Source of the DNA: a virus
Taxonomy: Duplodnaviria > Heunggongvirae > Uroviricota > Caudoviricetes
DNA length: 41,351 nucleotides
IMG/VR virus record: IMGVR_UViG_2541047933_000011
Direction: 5' to 3' (one strand)
The notes under the pieces are model-generated. The model was not told the origin of the DNA. It searched no databases and was given only the letters and a program-made list of their open reading frames with translations. The translations under genes were made by a program, and so were the position numbers. Below, piece by piece: positions 8,112 through 17,748 of the stretch. Numbering within the stretch: the stretch's first letter is position 1; each line of letters begins with the position of its first letter.

Positions 8112-8804
8112 ATGAATACCAAACCTTCCATCTTTTCCTTTGAGTCATCCTGCCAGATCCGTATGTTCATGATTGACGGAGAACCTTGGTTTGTCACCAA
8201 AGATGTGTGCAATGCTTTGAATATTGATGTTACACAAGCGAGAAAACTTGATAAAAAAGGCTGGAACAAAAAGGGGCTGTATTCAATACAGACCCCTGGT
8301 GGAATACAAGAACTATCCATCGTTTCAGAATCAGGTCTCTACATCCTTATTCTGCGTTGCAAAGAGGCAATGACTGAGGGAACGAGAGCATTCAGATTTC
8401 TTGAATGGGTTACAGGTGAGGTTCTTCCTCAGATCCGCCGCACCGGAAGTTACATTAAAAACTCGCTCCCGCAGGAAGAACGCATAAAGATGGTTGCCGA
8501 CCAGGTAGCCAACGCCACAGCATCAGCAGTGATGCAGGCAATGAAGATAGAGAACAAAACCTACAGTGCCCCACTGAAGCCCGGCTACCGCAGCCTGATT
8601 CATTCTCCGTCTGGTGTTCTCGGCCTGACGGAGAACTCATTGCTTATGAATCTGCTAAACCAGTTACAGGAAGACGGGCACGACGTATCGGGCGCGGCGG
8701 CGGAGCTGACCACCATGTTCTGCTACATCGTCGGTGTGAGCAAATGCCTGCGTGATATCCAGACCCACGCGGAGTACATCAACGACAAGGCAGGGTTCTT
8801 CTGA
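8112..8804 (+). CDS. Bro-N domain antirepressor-like protein
   Basis: ATG 8112 with AGGTGA RBS; N-terminal FMIDGEPWFVTKDVCNALNI Bro-N motif; C-terminal domain paralogous to 6709..6966. Confidence 0.75.
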   Translation: MNTKPSIFSFESSCQIRMFMIDGEPWFVTKDVCNALNIDVTQARKLDKKGWNKKGLYSIQTPGGIQELSIVSESGLYILILRCKEAMTEGTRAFRFLEWVTGEVLPQIRRTGSYIKNSLPQEERIKMVADQVANATASAVMQAMKIENKTYSAPLKPGYRSLIHSPSGVLGLTENSLLMNLLNQLQEDGHDVSGAAAELTTMFCYIVGVSKCLRDIQTHAEYINDKAGFF

Positions 8805-8875
8805 CGGGCGGTGGCACAGGGACGTGCCTTTAAATAATTCTGTACAGATTGCAGACTGGGGGTGAATAGAGTACT

Positions 8876-8892
8876 ATTACCCCAAAGGTAAA
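8876..8892. promoter_or_regulatory. operator-like palindrome ATTACC-ccaaa-GGTAAa
   Basis: core exact; 26 bp upstream of ATG 8918. Confidence 0.55.
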
Positions 8893-8917
8893 CCGAGAGT
8901 TTACATGAGGGGGAAAC

Positions 8918-9106
8918 ATGGAAATCAACATCATTACATTGCTGAAGGCCATTATTGGCGGAGCGGGCTTAGGCTTTGCCCTACCAGGCGGATTATCTTT
9001 CCTGCTTCCTGCTTTTACTGTTACAGCTGGGATAGCCTATGCATTTGCTGTGGCTGGTGCTGTTGCACTCCCTGCTATCTATGCCGCAAAGAAGTTAGCC
9101 AACTAA
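8918..9106 (+). CDS. small hydrophobic Gly/Ala-zipper peptide (bacteriocin-like or membrane toxin-like)
   Basis: 62 aa; GAGGGGG RBS; N-terminal 15 aa ends in GG (MEINIITLLKAIIGG) followed by 47-aa hydrophobic glycine-rich segment. Confidence 0.5.
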   Translation: MEINIITLLKAIIGGAGLGFALPGGLSFLLPAFTVTAGIAYAFAVAGAVALPAIYAAKKLAN

Positions 9107-9107
9107 A

Positions 9108-9440
9108 ATGCCTGATTTATCTTGGCTTGCGCCCAGAGATGCACAGCAATTGACAAGGTTTTATTTCATACTGTGCATTGCTTATCTTGCTGTTCATCTG
9201 ATATGGGATGCCGTTTGCAAAGATACGCCTCCTTTTTCTTTGGATAAGTTGCAATACAAGATGAATGAGGTTTATTCATCATCTACTTTTGCAACCAGCG
9301 CATTCTTCATTGTTATTCTGTTCGATATGAAGAATCCACTGAGAACTTCAGATGCTTTCATATTCCCATTAATTATTGCTGCTCTAACTGGCTTTATGAT
9401 CTCATTATCAGCAATAGTGCCAAAGAAAGTAAATAACTGA
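9108..9440 (+). CDS. 3-TM membrane protein translationally coupled to the hydrophobic peptide (immunity or partner candidate)
   Basis: ATG 1 nt after upstream stop; three predicted TM helices; AT-rich. Confidence 0.5.
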   Translation: MPDLSWLAPRDAQQLTRFYFILCIAYLAVHLIWDAVCKDTPPFSLDKLQYKMNEVYSSSTFATSAFFIVILFDMKNPLRTSDAFIFPLIIAALTGFMISLSAIVPKKVNN

Positions 9441-9443
9441 ATA

Positions 9444-9466
9444 AGCCCGCGTTGCGGGCTTTTTTA
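9444..9466 (+). terminator. rho-independent terminator
   Basis: AGCCCGC-gttg-CGGGCT followed by TTTTT. Confidence 0.6.
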
Positions 9467-9537
9467 TGGACGAAACAAAAGTCAGTGCTACACTCATTGA
9501 CGCCACATCGAGGTGGCTTATAGATGGAAATGTCACA

Positions 9538-9699
9538 ATGAAAAAAGCATTTGCTGCACTGTTCGTTTTGTTGTCTCTGGTAGCTTCAACTCAGGCCTTT
9601 GCCGGTCGTTGTCAGCACGACAGCGATACTGCCGCTGACGGCTCCCGCTGCGGTGGGCGTTCTGCGGATTCCCGCCCGGGCGGCGGTGGCATTCGTTAA
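9538..9699 (+). CDS. small secreted Cys/Gly-containing peptide
   Basis: internal ATG gives signal peptide MKKAFAALFVLLSLVASTQAFA then about 31-aa mature peptide with 2 Cys; start and reality uncertain. Confidence 0.35.
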   Translation: MKKAFAALFVLLSLVASTQAFAGRCQHDSDTAADGSRCGGRSADSRPGGGGIR

Positions 9700-9704
9700 A
9701 AACA

Positions 9705-9727
9705 AGGCCGCGAAAGCGGCCTGTTTG
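9705..9727. terminator. stem-loop between convergent genes
   Basis: AGGCCGC-gaaa-GCGGCCT hairpin. Confidence 0.45.
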
Positions 9728-9728
9728 A

Positions 9729-10580
9729 TCACTGTGCAGTTTTCGCTGATCGATTTTCAGCTCTAAATTCAAGAACCGTTTCAATATTTCTTTCCTTCAG
9801 CATATCAATAACATTTTTATTCATTTGACTATCACTGGTTAATAACTGGTAAACGTTGCTTCTCTCTTTATCAGAATTTTCTTTAACAGCTGCTTTGCAT
9901 GCCAAATGCTTATTGAAATTTTCTACATCGCTAGTACAGGAATTTACGGCTGCTGATGAAATATCAGACGCTGAAGAAACACCATCATCCAAACGTTTTA
10001 TAGCATTTTCTATACATGAGTTAAGGGAATAAACGACAACTGAGCGATACCCTTCAGACGCACACCATTCTAAATTTCTTGAAGGATCGAGTGGTTTTAC
10101 TTCGCTGGATTGAATTAACTTGTCAAAAACTGACTTATATTCAATCTGTTTTTTATCTATAGCCCATACTTCAGTAGCTGATTTATAATTCCCCGTATGC
10201 CTATTAACATCAAATCCATGTTTTATAAGCAAATCTGCCCATGAAAGATTTATTGATTCATTGTTATGAGGCCATTTTCCTGTCAGAACCGCCCCCATAG
10301 ACCCCATATATCCGCCATATGATGGTATAGCACCATGGCTCAGTAACTTCTCAGCAACCACAGGGCAATTAATTACATAAGAGGCGTAAAGCCCATTCCA
10401 TAAAGCCCCTCTATAGTAATCGCCACGATTAGGTTCTTTTAAGTCGATAGCCTTTGATAATTGTTCACACGTTTTGCATGCATCAAAGTTATCCTTATTG
10501 CATTGCAATGAACTGGCGGCTGTAGGATTTACAGAGACTATTGAAAGCACTATGCCAAAAAACAAATTTATTTTTTTCAT
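9729..10580 (-). CDS. secreted protein with ankyrin-like repeats
   Basis: 283 aa; signal peptide MKKINLFFGIVLSIVSVNPTAASS; ankyrin-like segments (AEKLLSHGA; ADLLIKHGFDVNRHTG); AT-rich; starts 1 nt after stop of upstream virion gene. Confidence 0.55.
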   Translation of the reverse strand: MKKINLFFGIVLSIVSVNPTAASSLQCNKDNFDACKTCEQLSKAIDLKEPNRGDYYRGALWNGLYASYVINCPVVAEKLLSHGAIPSYGGYMGSMGAVLTGKWPHNNESINLSWADLLIKHGFDVNRHTGNYKSATEVWAIDKKQIEYKSVFDKLIQSSEVKPLDPSRNLEWCASEGYRSVVVYSLNSCIENAIKRLDDGVSSASDISSAAVNSCTSDVENFNKHLACKAAVKENSDKERSNVYQLLTSDSQMNKNVIDMLKERNIETVLEFRAENRSAKTAQ

Positions 10581-10581
10581 C

Positions 10582-13500
10582 CTATTTCATCTGCTCTTCA
10601 ACTTTATTTAGTAATGGTGATATCGCCCACAGATTCTGAAAAGGTAGCATTTTACGGACAGCGTGGGTTTGCTGGCTGTCAAATTCTCCGTTAAGTACAC
10701 CATTTGCAACCGTCGCGGCATCACCGCCAAGATCAAAGGTAGGACCAAGTAAAGCACCAATAGCATTACGACTCTGAAACCTTGATACCGGAGGCGCACC
10801 AAACATCGCGCCAAGACCAAACCTACCGCCGCTTATGTTCTCAACGGTATTCAGCGGCTCAGAGAGCCAGCCAAGCATTCCGCCCCGGTCGATCCCCTCT
10901 TTCACAAGGTTATTCCAGCTGTAGTCGATATCGCGACCGCTTAACTTCTGTTTCATCATATAGACCATTGAGCCAAGCGCAATCGTGCCAAGCGCACCAA
11001 GATAGAATGAAGCATCGCCCTGCTGGATACCAGATACCAACACCCTGTTATGCTGTGCGAAGATAAACGTTTTGAACTGCGTGATCATCTTCCAGCCTTC
11101 TTTACTAAAAAACAGCGGTGTATCACCTACGCCAGGCGTTACAATCACTGAGTCTACATCTTTCAGCACTGCAGACTGGAAAATCTCTCTAGCGAAACGG
11201 TCATCCCACAGATGACTATGCCCGGTTAACAGCCCGTCCATATCCTCTCCGTGCTTCCCGAATTGCTCCCCGATTCGGCGCAGAACATCTTCATTGATGC
11301 CGACCTGTGCCATCTTCCGCATTTCACTTTTGGCGAGCGTGCCACCAGCAGAAACCTGGCGAGCCGCGTCAAGTATCCTCGACTGCACTATCATCCCGGA
11401 CCATGATTTAAGTGCGCTGTTCCACTGATTCATCAGCGTCCAGTTACCGAATTTCTGCGTCATCCAGTTCAGGCCTCGCTCAGCGGCGCTTCTCCGGCTA
11501 TAGGGGTCAGTAAGATCCGCTATAGCCTTTGTACGCGTAGACAGGACATAATCAAGCCCAACGGCCATTTCTCGCAAATCCCTGGTTGCAATTTTCACTG
11601 AGTCCATATTTTTAAGCATGCTTACCATTGGTCCGAGAGATTTTCTCAGGCCATGCTGCATCATCGGTCGCATCAGATCAGTTGCAGCGGAGACGGTCAT
11701 TCCACCAAGCAAACGGAGGAAGTTAATATTCCTAGCAACTCGCCCGGCACGAACAAAGAAACTGCGTGGATCTTGAGGTGCGCCGTAAGTACCAAGCAGT
11801 CGGTCACGCATAGCCGTAATATCCCTAATATCAGCCTCCCGTTGCTTCTCAAGAGCTGCACGTCGTTTAGGTGTTTTAGCCTCTTTTATTAGCCGGGTAT
11901 ATTCCTCACTAACCTGACGGATTTGCTCCCCCATATCTTTACGGCCAAACTGCGCAGTCAGCTCAATTTCTGGTGCCACCTGCCGGAGATAACTTTCCAT
12001 GATGTAGTTAACATCTGATTCAAGAAAATCTTCTATACGCTCATCAGGAATAAGCAGCGTTCGGCTTTTAGTGAAACCAGCCCGACCAACGAGTCTCTCT
12101 GGGATAATATCGGCTGGTACAAGCCCGGAAGGTGCGCCTATTATTTTATTCACGATCTCGTCAGCAGCGTCCTCTGCTTCCTCTCGGGATAGAGGCTCCA
12201 TCTGCTTCAGTGCTCGCTCGCGGCTTGCATTCAGCCTTGTGGTTGAATTTGCCCGTTTTTGCAGTCGGCGAAGCTCAGAACGATATTTCCGTGGATTATC
12301 CAGCAACTCCATATGGCGCTGATAGACAGGAAGCTCACTCTTTGCCTGCGCTATATCATCAAGGCGTGTTTTAAGGTCAGAGCTTTCTTTCATCATTCTT
12401 GCCTGAAGTTTTTCTGATGAAGTCTCGGCCAACTCTTTTTCTATTCTTGTAAGACGCGCCTGTGTGTCAGTCTCCTGAGATATAAGCTTATTTCGTTTAT
12501 CCAGTTCTTCCATGAGTAGAATTTTTTTACCAGACCATTTCTCCGCTTCAGCGATTTCACTAGCGAGAGCATCAGCGCGCGGTGCCGATTCCTCTGCAGT
12601 TTTTAGCAATGAATTTATCCTTTCAATTCGCTGACCTGCTTTGTCAGCACCTTTGGCACTAATCCCTTGTATCCAGTTGGCAATTCGCCCTCTGAATTCA
12701 GTGCGGTCGGAAAGTATCTTATCGAACTTATAAATGCGGGGAAGATAACTTTTCGCCGTCACGACATCGATATCCTCAGGAAGGATCCCCAGTTCCTGCA
12801 TACGGGCTTTTGTGGTCTCGAAAATGGGGCGGATTCTGGCGGCTGCTTGTGAAACCTCAGGAATATCACTCTGATCACCACGGCGCATAGCCATGCCAAC
12901 AGCTTCATTGAAATCAATAAAGCTCATCCTCTTCACGCCGCGGGCGCTGACAGATTTGCTGTACTGCTGGTAAGCATCACGAGTGGCTTCCATCTGCTTA
13001 TAAAGCATGGCGTCGTATTGCTTAATCTTAGTCTCGACTGCCGTAAACGTAGCCAACCCCTCATCATTTTTGGCGAAGAAATAGTTATTTTCGGCAAGCT
13101 GCTGGTTAATCTGACGGGAGACAAGAGATGGTGATTGCGCCAAGCGGCCAGCAGGAGTGACACTCAACGTTTTGTTAGCAAGTCCAAGTCCAGCGAGCTG
13201 TTCCTGATCGAGTGTGGTATTGAAAACCTGAGCTGCACCAATGCTTTGAGGAGAATCCATACCTCGCAAATGATTACCTACTGAGTTAACCACTGCCTCG
13301 CGCGCGCTAGGTCCAGCAAGTAGCTGTGCACCAGCACCAAGGATCCCACCAACGAGAGCATCAACAACAACGTTCGATACGCTCTCCATCGGTGAGCGAG
13401 CTTCCTGAGTGGCCTGCAATGCGGCCTCTGAAGCAACACTGCCAGCAGCATTGGCTAAAGCAAAACGTCCGGCTGTTTCTGCAATACGACCGCCACGAAC

Positions 13501-13971
13501 GACAGCGCCGAACGGAATAAACATAGAAATCGCATTGAATGGATCTGCTAATCTCATTGCTACAGAAGAGACTGTACCAGCAAATCCCAAGCCTGAATTG
13601 TATTCCATGTCAGCTCTCTGCTGATCGATTCGATGTTTAATTGCCATTGTTTCTTCAGGCGAACCGGAGTTGATAAACGAATCTGCAAAATCTTCATAGC
13701 CTTTAATATCTGCTGCATCGTTATCAAATGGGTTATATCCTTCAATCCTGTCAAACTGACTGAAAGGAGCACTGGCAATAAAGCTACCCAGCGTGTTATC
13801 TATACGAAATGCTGCTTGTCTAGACCTTTGAACGCGTTGATCACTGGTAAATGGGTTCACAGCAGAAAGCAAAGAAGGTGTTTCCATATAGAAATTACTG
13901 TCATCAGGTGCTGCTATTTGCTGAATATCCTCGCCAAGCAACTCTTTAGGATCCTGTTCATATATCGGCAT
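10582..13971 (-). CDS. large virion/internal (ejection-type) protein
   Basis: 1129 aa; start overlaps upstream stop (TAATG); position in structural operon. Confidence 0.7.
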   Translation of the reverse strand: MPIYEQDPKELLGEDIQQIAAPDDSNFYMETPSLLSAVNPFTSDQRVQRSRQAAFRIDNTLGSFIASAPFSQFDRIEGYNPFDNDAADIKGYEDFADSFINSGSPEETMAIKHRIDQQRADMEYNSGLGFAGTVSSVAMRLADPFNAISMFIPFGAVVRGGRIAETAGRFALANAAGSVASEAALQATQEARSPMESVSNVVVDALVGGILGAGAQLLAGPSAREAVVNSVGNHLRGMDSPQSIGAAQVFNTTLDQEQLAGLGLANKTLSVTPAGRLAQSPSLVSRQINQQLAENNYFFAKNDEGLATFTAVETKIKQYDAMLYKQMEATRDAYQQYSKSVSARGVKRMSFIDFNEAVGMAMRRGDQSDIPEVSQAAARIRPIFETTKARMQELGILPEDIDVVTAKSYLPRIYKFDKILSDRTEFRGRIANWIQGISAKGADKAGQRIERINSLLKTAEESAPRADALASEIAEAEKWSGKKILLMEELDKRNKLISQETDTQARLTRIEKELAETSSEKLQARMMKESSDLKTRLDDIAQAKSELPVYQRHMELLDNPRKYRSELRRLQKRANSTTRLNASRERALKQMEPLSREEAEDAADEIVNKIIGAPSGLVPADIIPERLVGRAGFTKSRTLLIPDERIEDFLESDVNYIMESYLRQVAPEIELTAQFGRKDMGEQIRQVSEEYTRLIKEAKTPKRRAALEKQREADIRDITAMRDRLLGTYGAPQDPRSFFVRAGRVARNINFLRLLGGMTVSAATDLMRPMMQHGLRKSLGPMVSMLKNMDSVKIATRDLREMAVGLDYVLSTRTKAIADLTDPYSRRSAAERGLNWMTQKFGNWTLMNQWNSALKSWSGMIVQSRILDAARQVSAGGTLAKSEMRKMAQVGINEDVLRRIGEQFGKHGEDMDGLLTGHSHLWDDRFAREIFQSAVLKDVDSVIVTPGVGDTPLFFSKEGWKMITQFKTFIFAQHNRVLVSGIQQGDASFYLGALGTIALGSMVYMMKQKLSGRDIDYSWNNLVKEGIDRGGMLGWLSEPLNTVENISGGRFGLGAMFGAPPVSRFQSRNAIGALLGPTFDLGGDAATVANGVLNGEFDSQQTHAVRKMLPFQNLWAISPLLNKVEEQMK

Positions 13972-16718
13972 TATTTGCCCCCTGCGTATATATTGCTCGG
14001 AAGGTAATTGGCTGAACCATAACCGAATGGTTTGGTCAGATCTGGAGGAGTATATCCATCTTTATTGCTGAACTGCGGCAGCGGATTGCCTTCTCTCCGC
14101 ACTCTAGCCTCATCAACACGCTGTTGCTGGAACTGAATGGTTTGCCTGTACATTGGAGATGTCAGCTGATCCGGCTTGAAACGAACAGGGAGACCATTTT
14201 CTCCAATATAATTTCTCGGTTCTATCGCTCCGTTTGCGTCAGGCTGTAAAACCATAACAGCATAACTCCTATCCCTTGCCGTAAGGCCATCAGAAACAAG
14301 TATTAAGTCCGTATCACTGCGAGGACCGCCAAAGGATTTTGATTTAAGCTCGCGTTTTTCCTGCTCCCACTGCCCCTGTATCCAGTTACCAGCACCATTA
14401 TTTACTCCGTACAATGCCTCAGGTGCATACTTCATAACCTCTGCTTTGCCATTAACCGTAGAAACTCCCCAGGTGGTTCTGATCATGGCATTGGTCATTT
14501 TCTCAGCCTGTTCTGCATCGCCACCTGTCTGTACAAAGTTAGCATCGTAAATTGTCTGGTAATCTCGCTGATAGGCCGCATTTGATTTTCCTGGATCGGT
14601 AATATCCGGAGACCACGAACCAAAGGAAGTCAGACTGCTGGCGTTATTTTGTGCAGCAGTTACCCTCGCCGCGACATATTTTTTGTCTCGCATGGCAGTG
14701 GAAAGCATCTGTTTCATTCGGTCATCCTGTTGGAACACCTGACTGTAAGCCATATCAACAGCCTTATCCTCCGGCACGCCAGCGCGGGAATAATCGTAAA
14801 CCTTGCCATAAAATGCCATCGTACTTTTATCAAGTGTTGCCGCTGCCGCCGGATTATTATCGAATAACTGACCGTAGAATTTTGCCATCGGGACAACCAG
14901 CGCAGGATCTCTTGATGTTGCTCCACTGTTAAGCATTGTTTTAACCTGAGTTGGTATCATGCCGCTTTTAGTTGTGACGGTGACCAGTGTATTGATGCTC
15001 TGCGGATCAGATATGGAAAACGAAGGCGCGATATCCTGCGCGAAATAACGGTCTACCGCTGCCTGATTGTTTTTGTCGTTCGGGTCCAGCGGGAAGTTAT
15101 TTTGCATTGAAGACACGAACCTGTTTCTTCCCTGCTGAATCTCCCACTCCCTATCCATCTCTTTAAATTTGGCCTGCATTTTCTCCCAGCGTTGCTGGTT
15201 AGCAGCAAATCCAGGAGCATTTGGATCCTGTGGACGTAAACGTTCAAGAATGTCTTGTCGTCCTTCTGGAGTGAGGTCTTTAGCGGCACCAATGACACCT
15301 CCATATTGTATCTGCGCCTGCATATCCTTCCACTTCATAGCGCCAATGCGCGGACCATTGGCCCGGATAAAATCGTCCTCAGAAGGTAACTTCTCAGGTT
15401 TCAATCCTTCATCAAGGGCTGAATATGCATCTTTAACTACGGTGCTAAGCTGGTCCGCATACTGCTGGCGGTACTGATTTCTCAGCTCATTAGCCTGCCT
15501 CAATGCCTGTATTTGCATTTGAGGGCTCATAGCATCAAATGCCGCATTGCCCGTATAACGCTTAGGTGAATCAAGGTTAGTTAGACCAAGGGCTGCCGAG
15601 ATACCAGTTTCAAGCTGTTCGGTGCTATAAGGCATACTGCCATTTTCGTGTTTAATAATCCCAGCACATAAAGCAGCTAGTGTCTTTGGGTTAGAGATAT
15701 CAAGCTGATCATTCTCCCCAACACCAAGCTCACCACACAATGCCCTAATATAAGCATCAGTATTATTACCATCACTAGCCGGAGCATAGCGATTAACAAT
15801 CTCGCTAACGGTGTCATAGCCTTGACGCTGGTAAGACAACATATTTTTACCCAACGCGCGGATTCCATGCTCAGGGGTAGCAAACGTTGCAAAACGTCCA
15901 TCGCTACCGATCTGACCTTCCCACGGGTTAGATTTGCTCGCTTCAATATTACCAGGGTTATTATTACGTAAACCACGAGCATCCAATGAATTACCATGTG
16001 ATATTGCACGACTCACACCATCAAGATCCCCTGGCTCTCCATTAACCTGAAGAAACTCGTTGTATTTTTGAGCGATATTTCCTATCCATGCTTGCTGCCC
16101 CATTTGTTCCTTGAGCTGAGTTTTCTGCTGAACACGCCACTCATCAGGAAGCCCATGCGCATCAGCGTATTGATCAATAGATTCAAATCGCTGCTTGGCT
16201 AAATCGACAAATGCTTGGTTATCGCTATATAGCCCCGCAGACTGAGTGACAGCCAATGCATTTCCTGACAAATACGTTTGATCTTGGAATTGCTGAAACT
16301 GCCCAACTTCATATCGACGTGCCTGATTGTAATAAGACTGCATAGACTGCTGGAGTTGAAAGGATAATTTATTCCTTTCCTCACTTTCAGGGATTGAGCC
16401 TAATAATGCCTGAGCCCTTTCCTGCATATTTTTCATAACAGCGTCACTCTGACCAAGAGCGTTTTTACCCTGTTTAGAAATCAGCCCATTTTCAGGGTTG
16501 TTAATCTGGTCATCTGCAAATTGGTTAAATTGCAGTAACGCCTCCTGGGCCATAGCAACATTCGCTTTCTGCCTGGCTTCACCATATGCCACCGCATACT
16601 GATCTGCGACATTCGCCAGCACCTGACCTGCTTGAGGAACATCGAAGGTCTGAAAACCACCGGTTTGCACACCACGACTTTGCACCTGGCGTCCGGATGT
16701 AGTAGGAACAACAGGCAT
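13971..16718 (-). CDS. large virion protein
   Basis: 915 aa; AGGAGG RBS; contains RNNNPGNIE...W.G motif of uncertain assignment. Confidence 0.7.
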   Translation of the reverse strand: MPVVPTTSGRQVQSRGVQTGGFQTFDVPQAGQVLANVADQYAVAYGEARQKANVAMAQEALLQFNQFADDQINNPENGLISKQGKNALGQSDAVMKNMQERAQALLGSIPESEERNKLSFQLQQSMQSYYNQARRYEVGQFQQFQDQTYLSGNALAVTQSAGLYSDNQAFVDLAKQRFESIDQYADAHGLPDEWRVQQKTQLKEQMGQQAWIGNIAQKYNEFLQVNGEPGDLDGVSRAISHGNSLDARGLRNNNPGNIEASKSNPWEGQIGSDGRFATFATPEHGIRALGKNMLSYQRQGYDTVSEIVNRYAPASDGNNTDAYIRALCGELGVGENDQLDISNPKTLAALCAGIIKHENGSMPYSTEQLETGISAALGLTNLDSPKRYTGNAAFDAMSPQMQIQALRQANELRNQYRQQYADQLSTVVKDAYSALDEGLKPEKLPSEDDFIRANGPRIGAMKWKDMQAQIQYGGVIGAAKDLTPEGRQDILERLRPQDPNAPGFAANQQRWEKMQAKFKEMDREWEIQQGRNRFVSSMQNNFPLDPNDKNNQAAVDRYFAQDIAPSFSISDPQSINTLVTVTTKSGMIPTQVKTMLNSGATSRDPALVVPMAKFYGQLFDNNPAAAATLDKSTMAFYGKVYDYSRAGVPEDKAVDMAYSQVFQQDDRMKQMLSTAMRDKKYVAARVTAAQNNASSLTSFGSWSPDITDPGKSNAAYQRDYQTIYDANFVQTGGDAEQAEKMTNAMIRTTWGVSTVNGKAEVMKYAPEALYGVNNGAGNWIQGQWEQEKRELKSKSFGGPRSDTDLILVSDGLTARDRSYAVMVLQPDANGAIEPRNYIGENGLPVRFKPDQLTSPMYRQTIQFQQQRVDEARVRREGNPLPQFSNKDGYTPPDLTKPFGYGSANYLPSNIYAGGK

Positions 16719-17284
16719 CAGTAACCTCCTATTTTGAATCGGGAGTCAGAATTCATAAAACCTGAGTTAGATAACATTGGCGTGTTTCCTTGCTTACTAA
16801 TCGGATTGATACTTCCGCCACCCAACTTATATGCACCGTACGCTTTTAGTGGTGCCGTTAACAAAGTGCTGGTCATCGATGATTTAGCAGCCGACTGAGC
16901 AGCAGCCCCCTGTGCCTGAGCATTCATTCCCTGAACCTGATACCCATATGCCTCACGCTGAGCGTTATTCACTGTCGTTAACGCATCAAGAGTGCCGAAC
17001 TGAGCATTATCCGCAAAAACGTCAAGAGCTGTTCCGCTACTTAATTCCGCACCGGTAGCCCCCATAGTGGCCGCCGCAGTGCCTGAGCGTTGACGCATTT
17101 CACGACGACGCTGATCCGCTTCAATATTCCCACGATTGATTGAATCCTGTGCCTGGGCTTCAGCAATCTCAGCATTCCGATCAGCTACGGCTGACTGGTA
17201 TCTTGCCTGCTTGCTCTGGCTGTACATTGATGCGGCTGTGGATGCCACTGTGACTGCAACCAAAGCGATGGCTGGGTTACACAT
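16718..17284 (-). CDS. virion internal protein (Ala/Gln-rich)
   Basis: 188 aa; start overlaps upstream stop. Confidence 0.6.
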   Translation of the reverse strand: MCNPAIALVAVTVASTAASMYSQSKQARYQSAVADRNAEIAEAQAQDSINRGNIEADQRRREMRQRSGTAAATMGATGAELSSGTALDVFADNAQFGTLDALTTVNNAQREAYGYQVQGMNAQAQGAAAQSAAKSSMTSTLLTAPLKAYGAYKLGGGSINPISKQGNTPMLSNSGFMNSDSRFKIGGY

Positions 17285-17748
17285 TATTTTCTCTCCATGT
17301 GAAATCTGTGGAAATTAAGACCAAGAGCACCATAAGGCGCGGCTTCTTCAAGCCTGAATCCAAGCCAGTGCAGCCATGCTTTGGCAACATGGTTTCGCTC
17401 GTCGACGTAGTTTTCCAGGCGCGGATAAACTGCCAGCATCTGCTGCAATACAGGGCGGCAGTGGCGAAGAAATGTCTTCTGATATTTTTCGATACGGCTG
17501 GTTCCGACCAGCCAGGGCGTACCATTGCCACCGATCATTGACGCCGGAGATACGCCAAATATGGTTACCAGTTCTCCGTTCGCAAATCCTGACCAGGCCA
17601 TAGTCGCAGTACGCAGACCAACACGCAGCGCATCTTCGGTAGTCATCAGTGATACCGCATACAGTTCGTCAATATCAGCCTGACGAACATCCGGCAAAAT
17701 CATCTGAAGATGCTCTTCGGTTGCGGGAATAATTTGAACATCTATCAT
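17284..17748 (-). CDS. virion-associated protein, unknown function
   Basis: 154 aa; translationally coupled. Confidence 0.6.
   Translation of the reverse strand: MIDVQIIPATEEHLQMILPDVRQADIDELYAVSLMTTEDALRVGLRTATMAWSGFANGELVTIFGVSPASMIGGNGTPWLVGTSRIEKYQKTFLRHCRPVLQQMLAVYPRLENYVDERNHVAKAWLHWLGFRLEEAAPYGALGLNFHRFHMERK

Noticed and set aside
7756-8320. ORFs 7756..7965 (+) and 7973..8320 (-) in the Bro-N upstream region
   Set aside because: No RBS, implausible composition, and the minus ORF overlaps the well-supported Bro-N start; region treated as a structured leader instead.
8841-8856. Second LexA box candidate (CTGTACAGATTGCAGA)
   Set aside because: The right half is CAGA, not ACAG, and the spacing does not fit CTGT-N8-ACAG.
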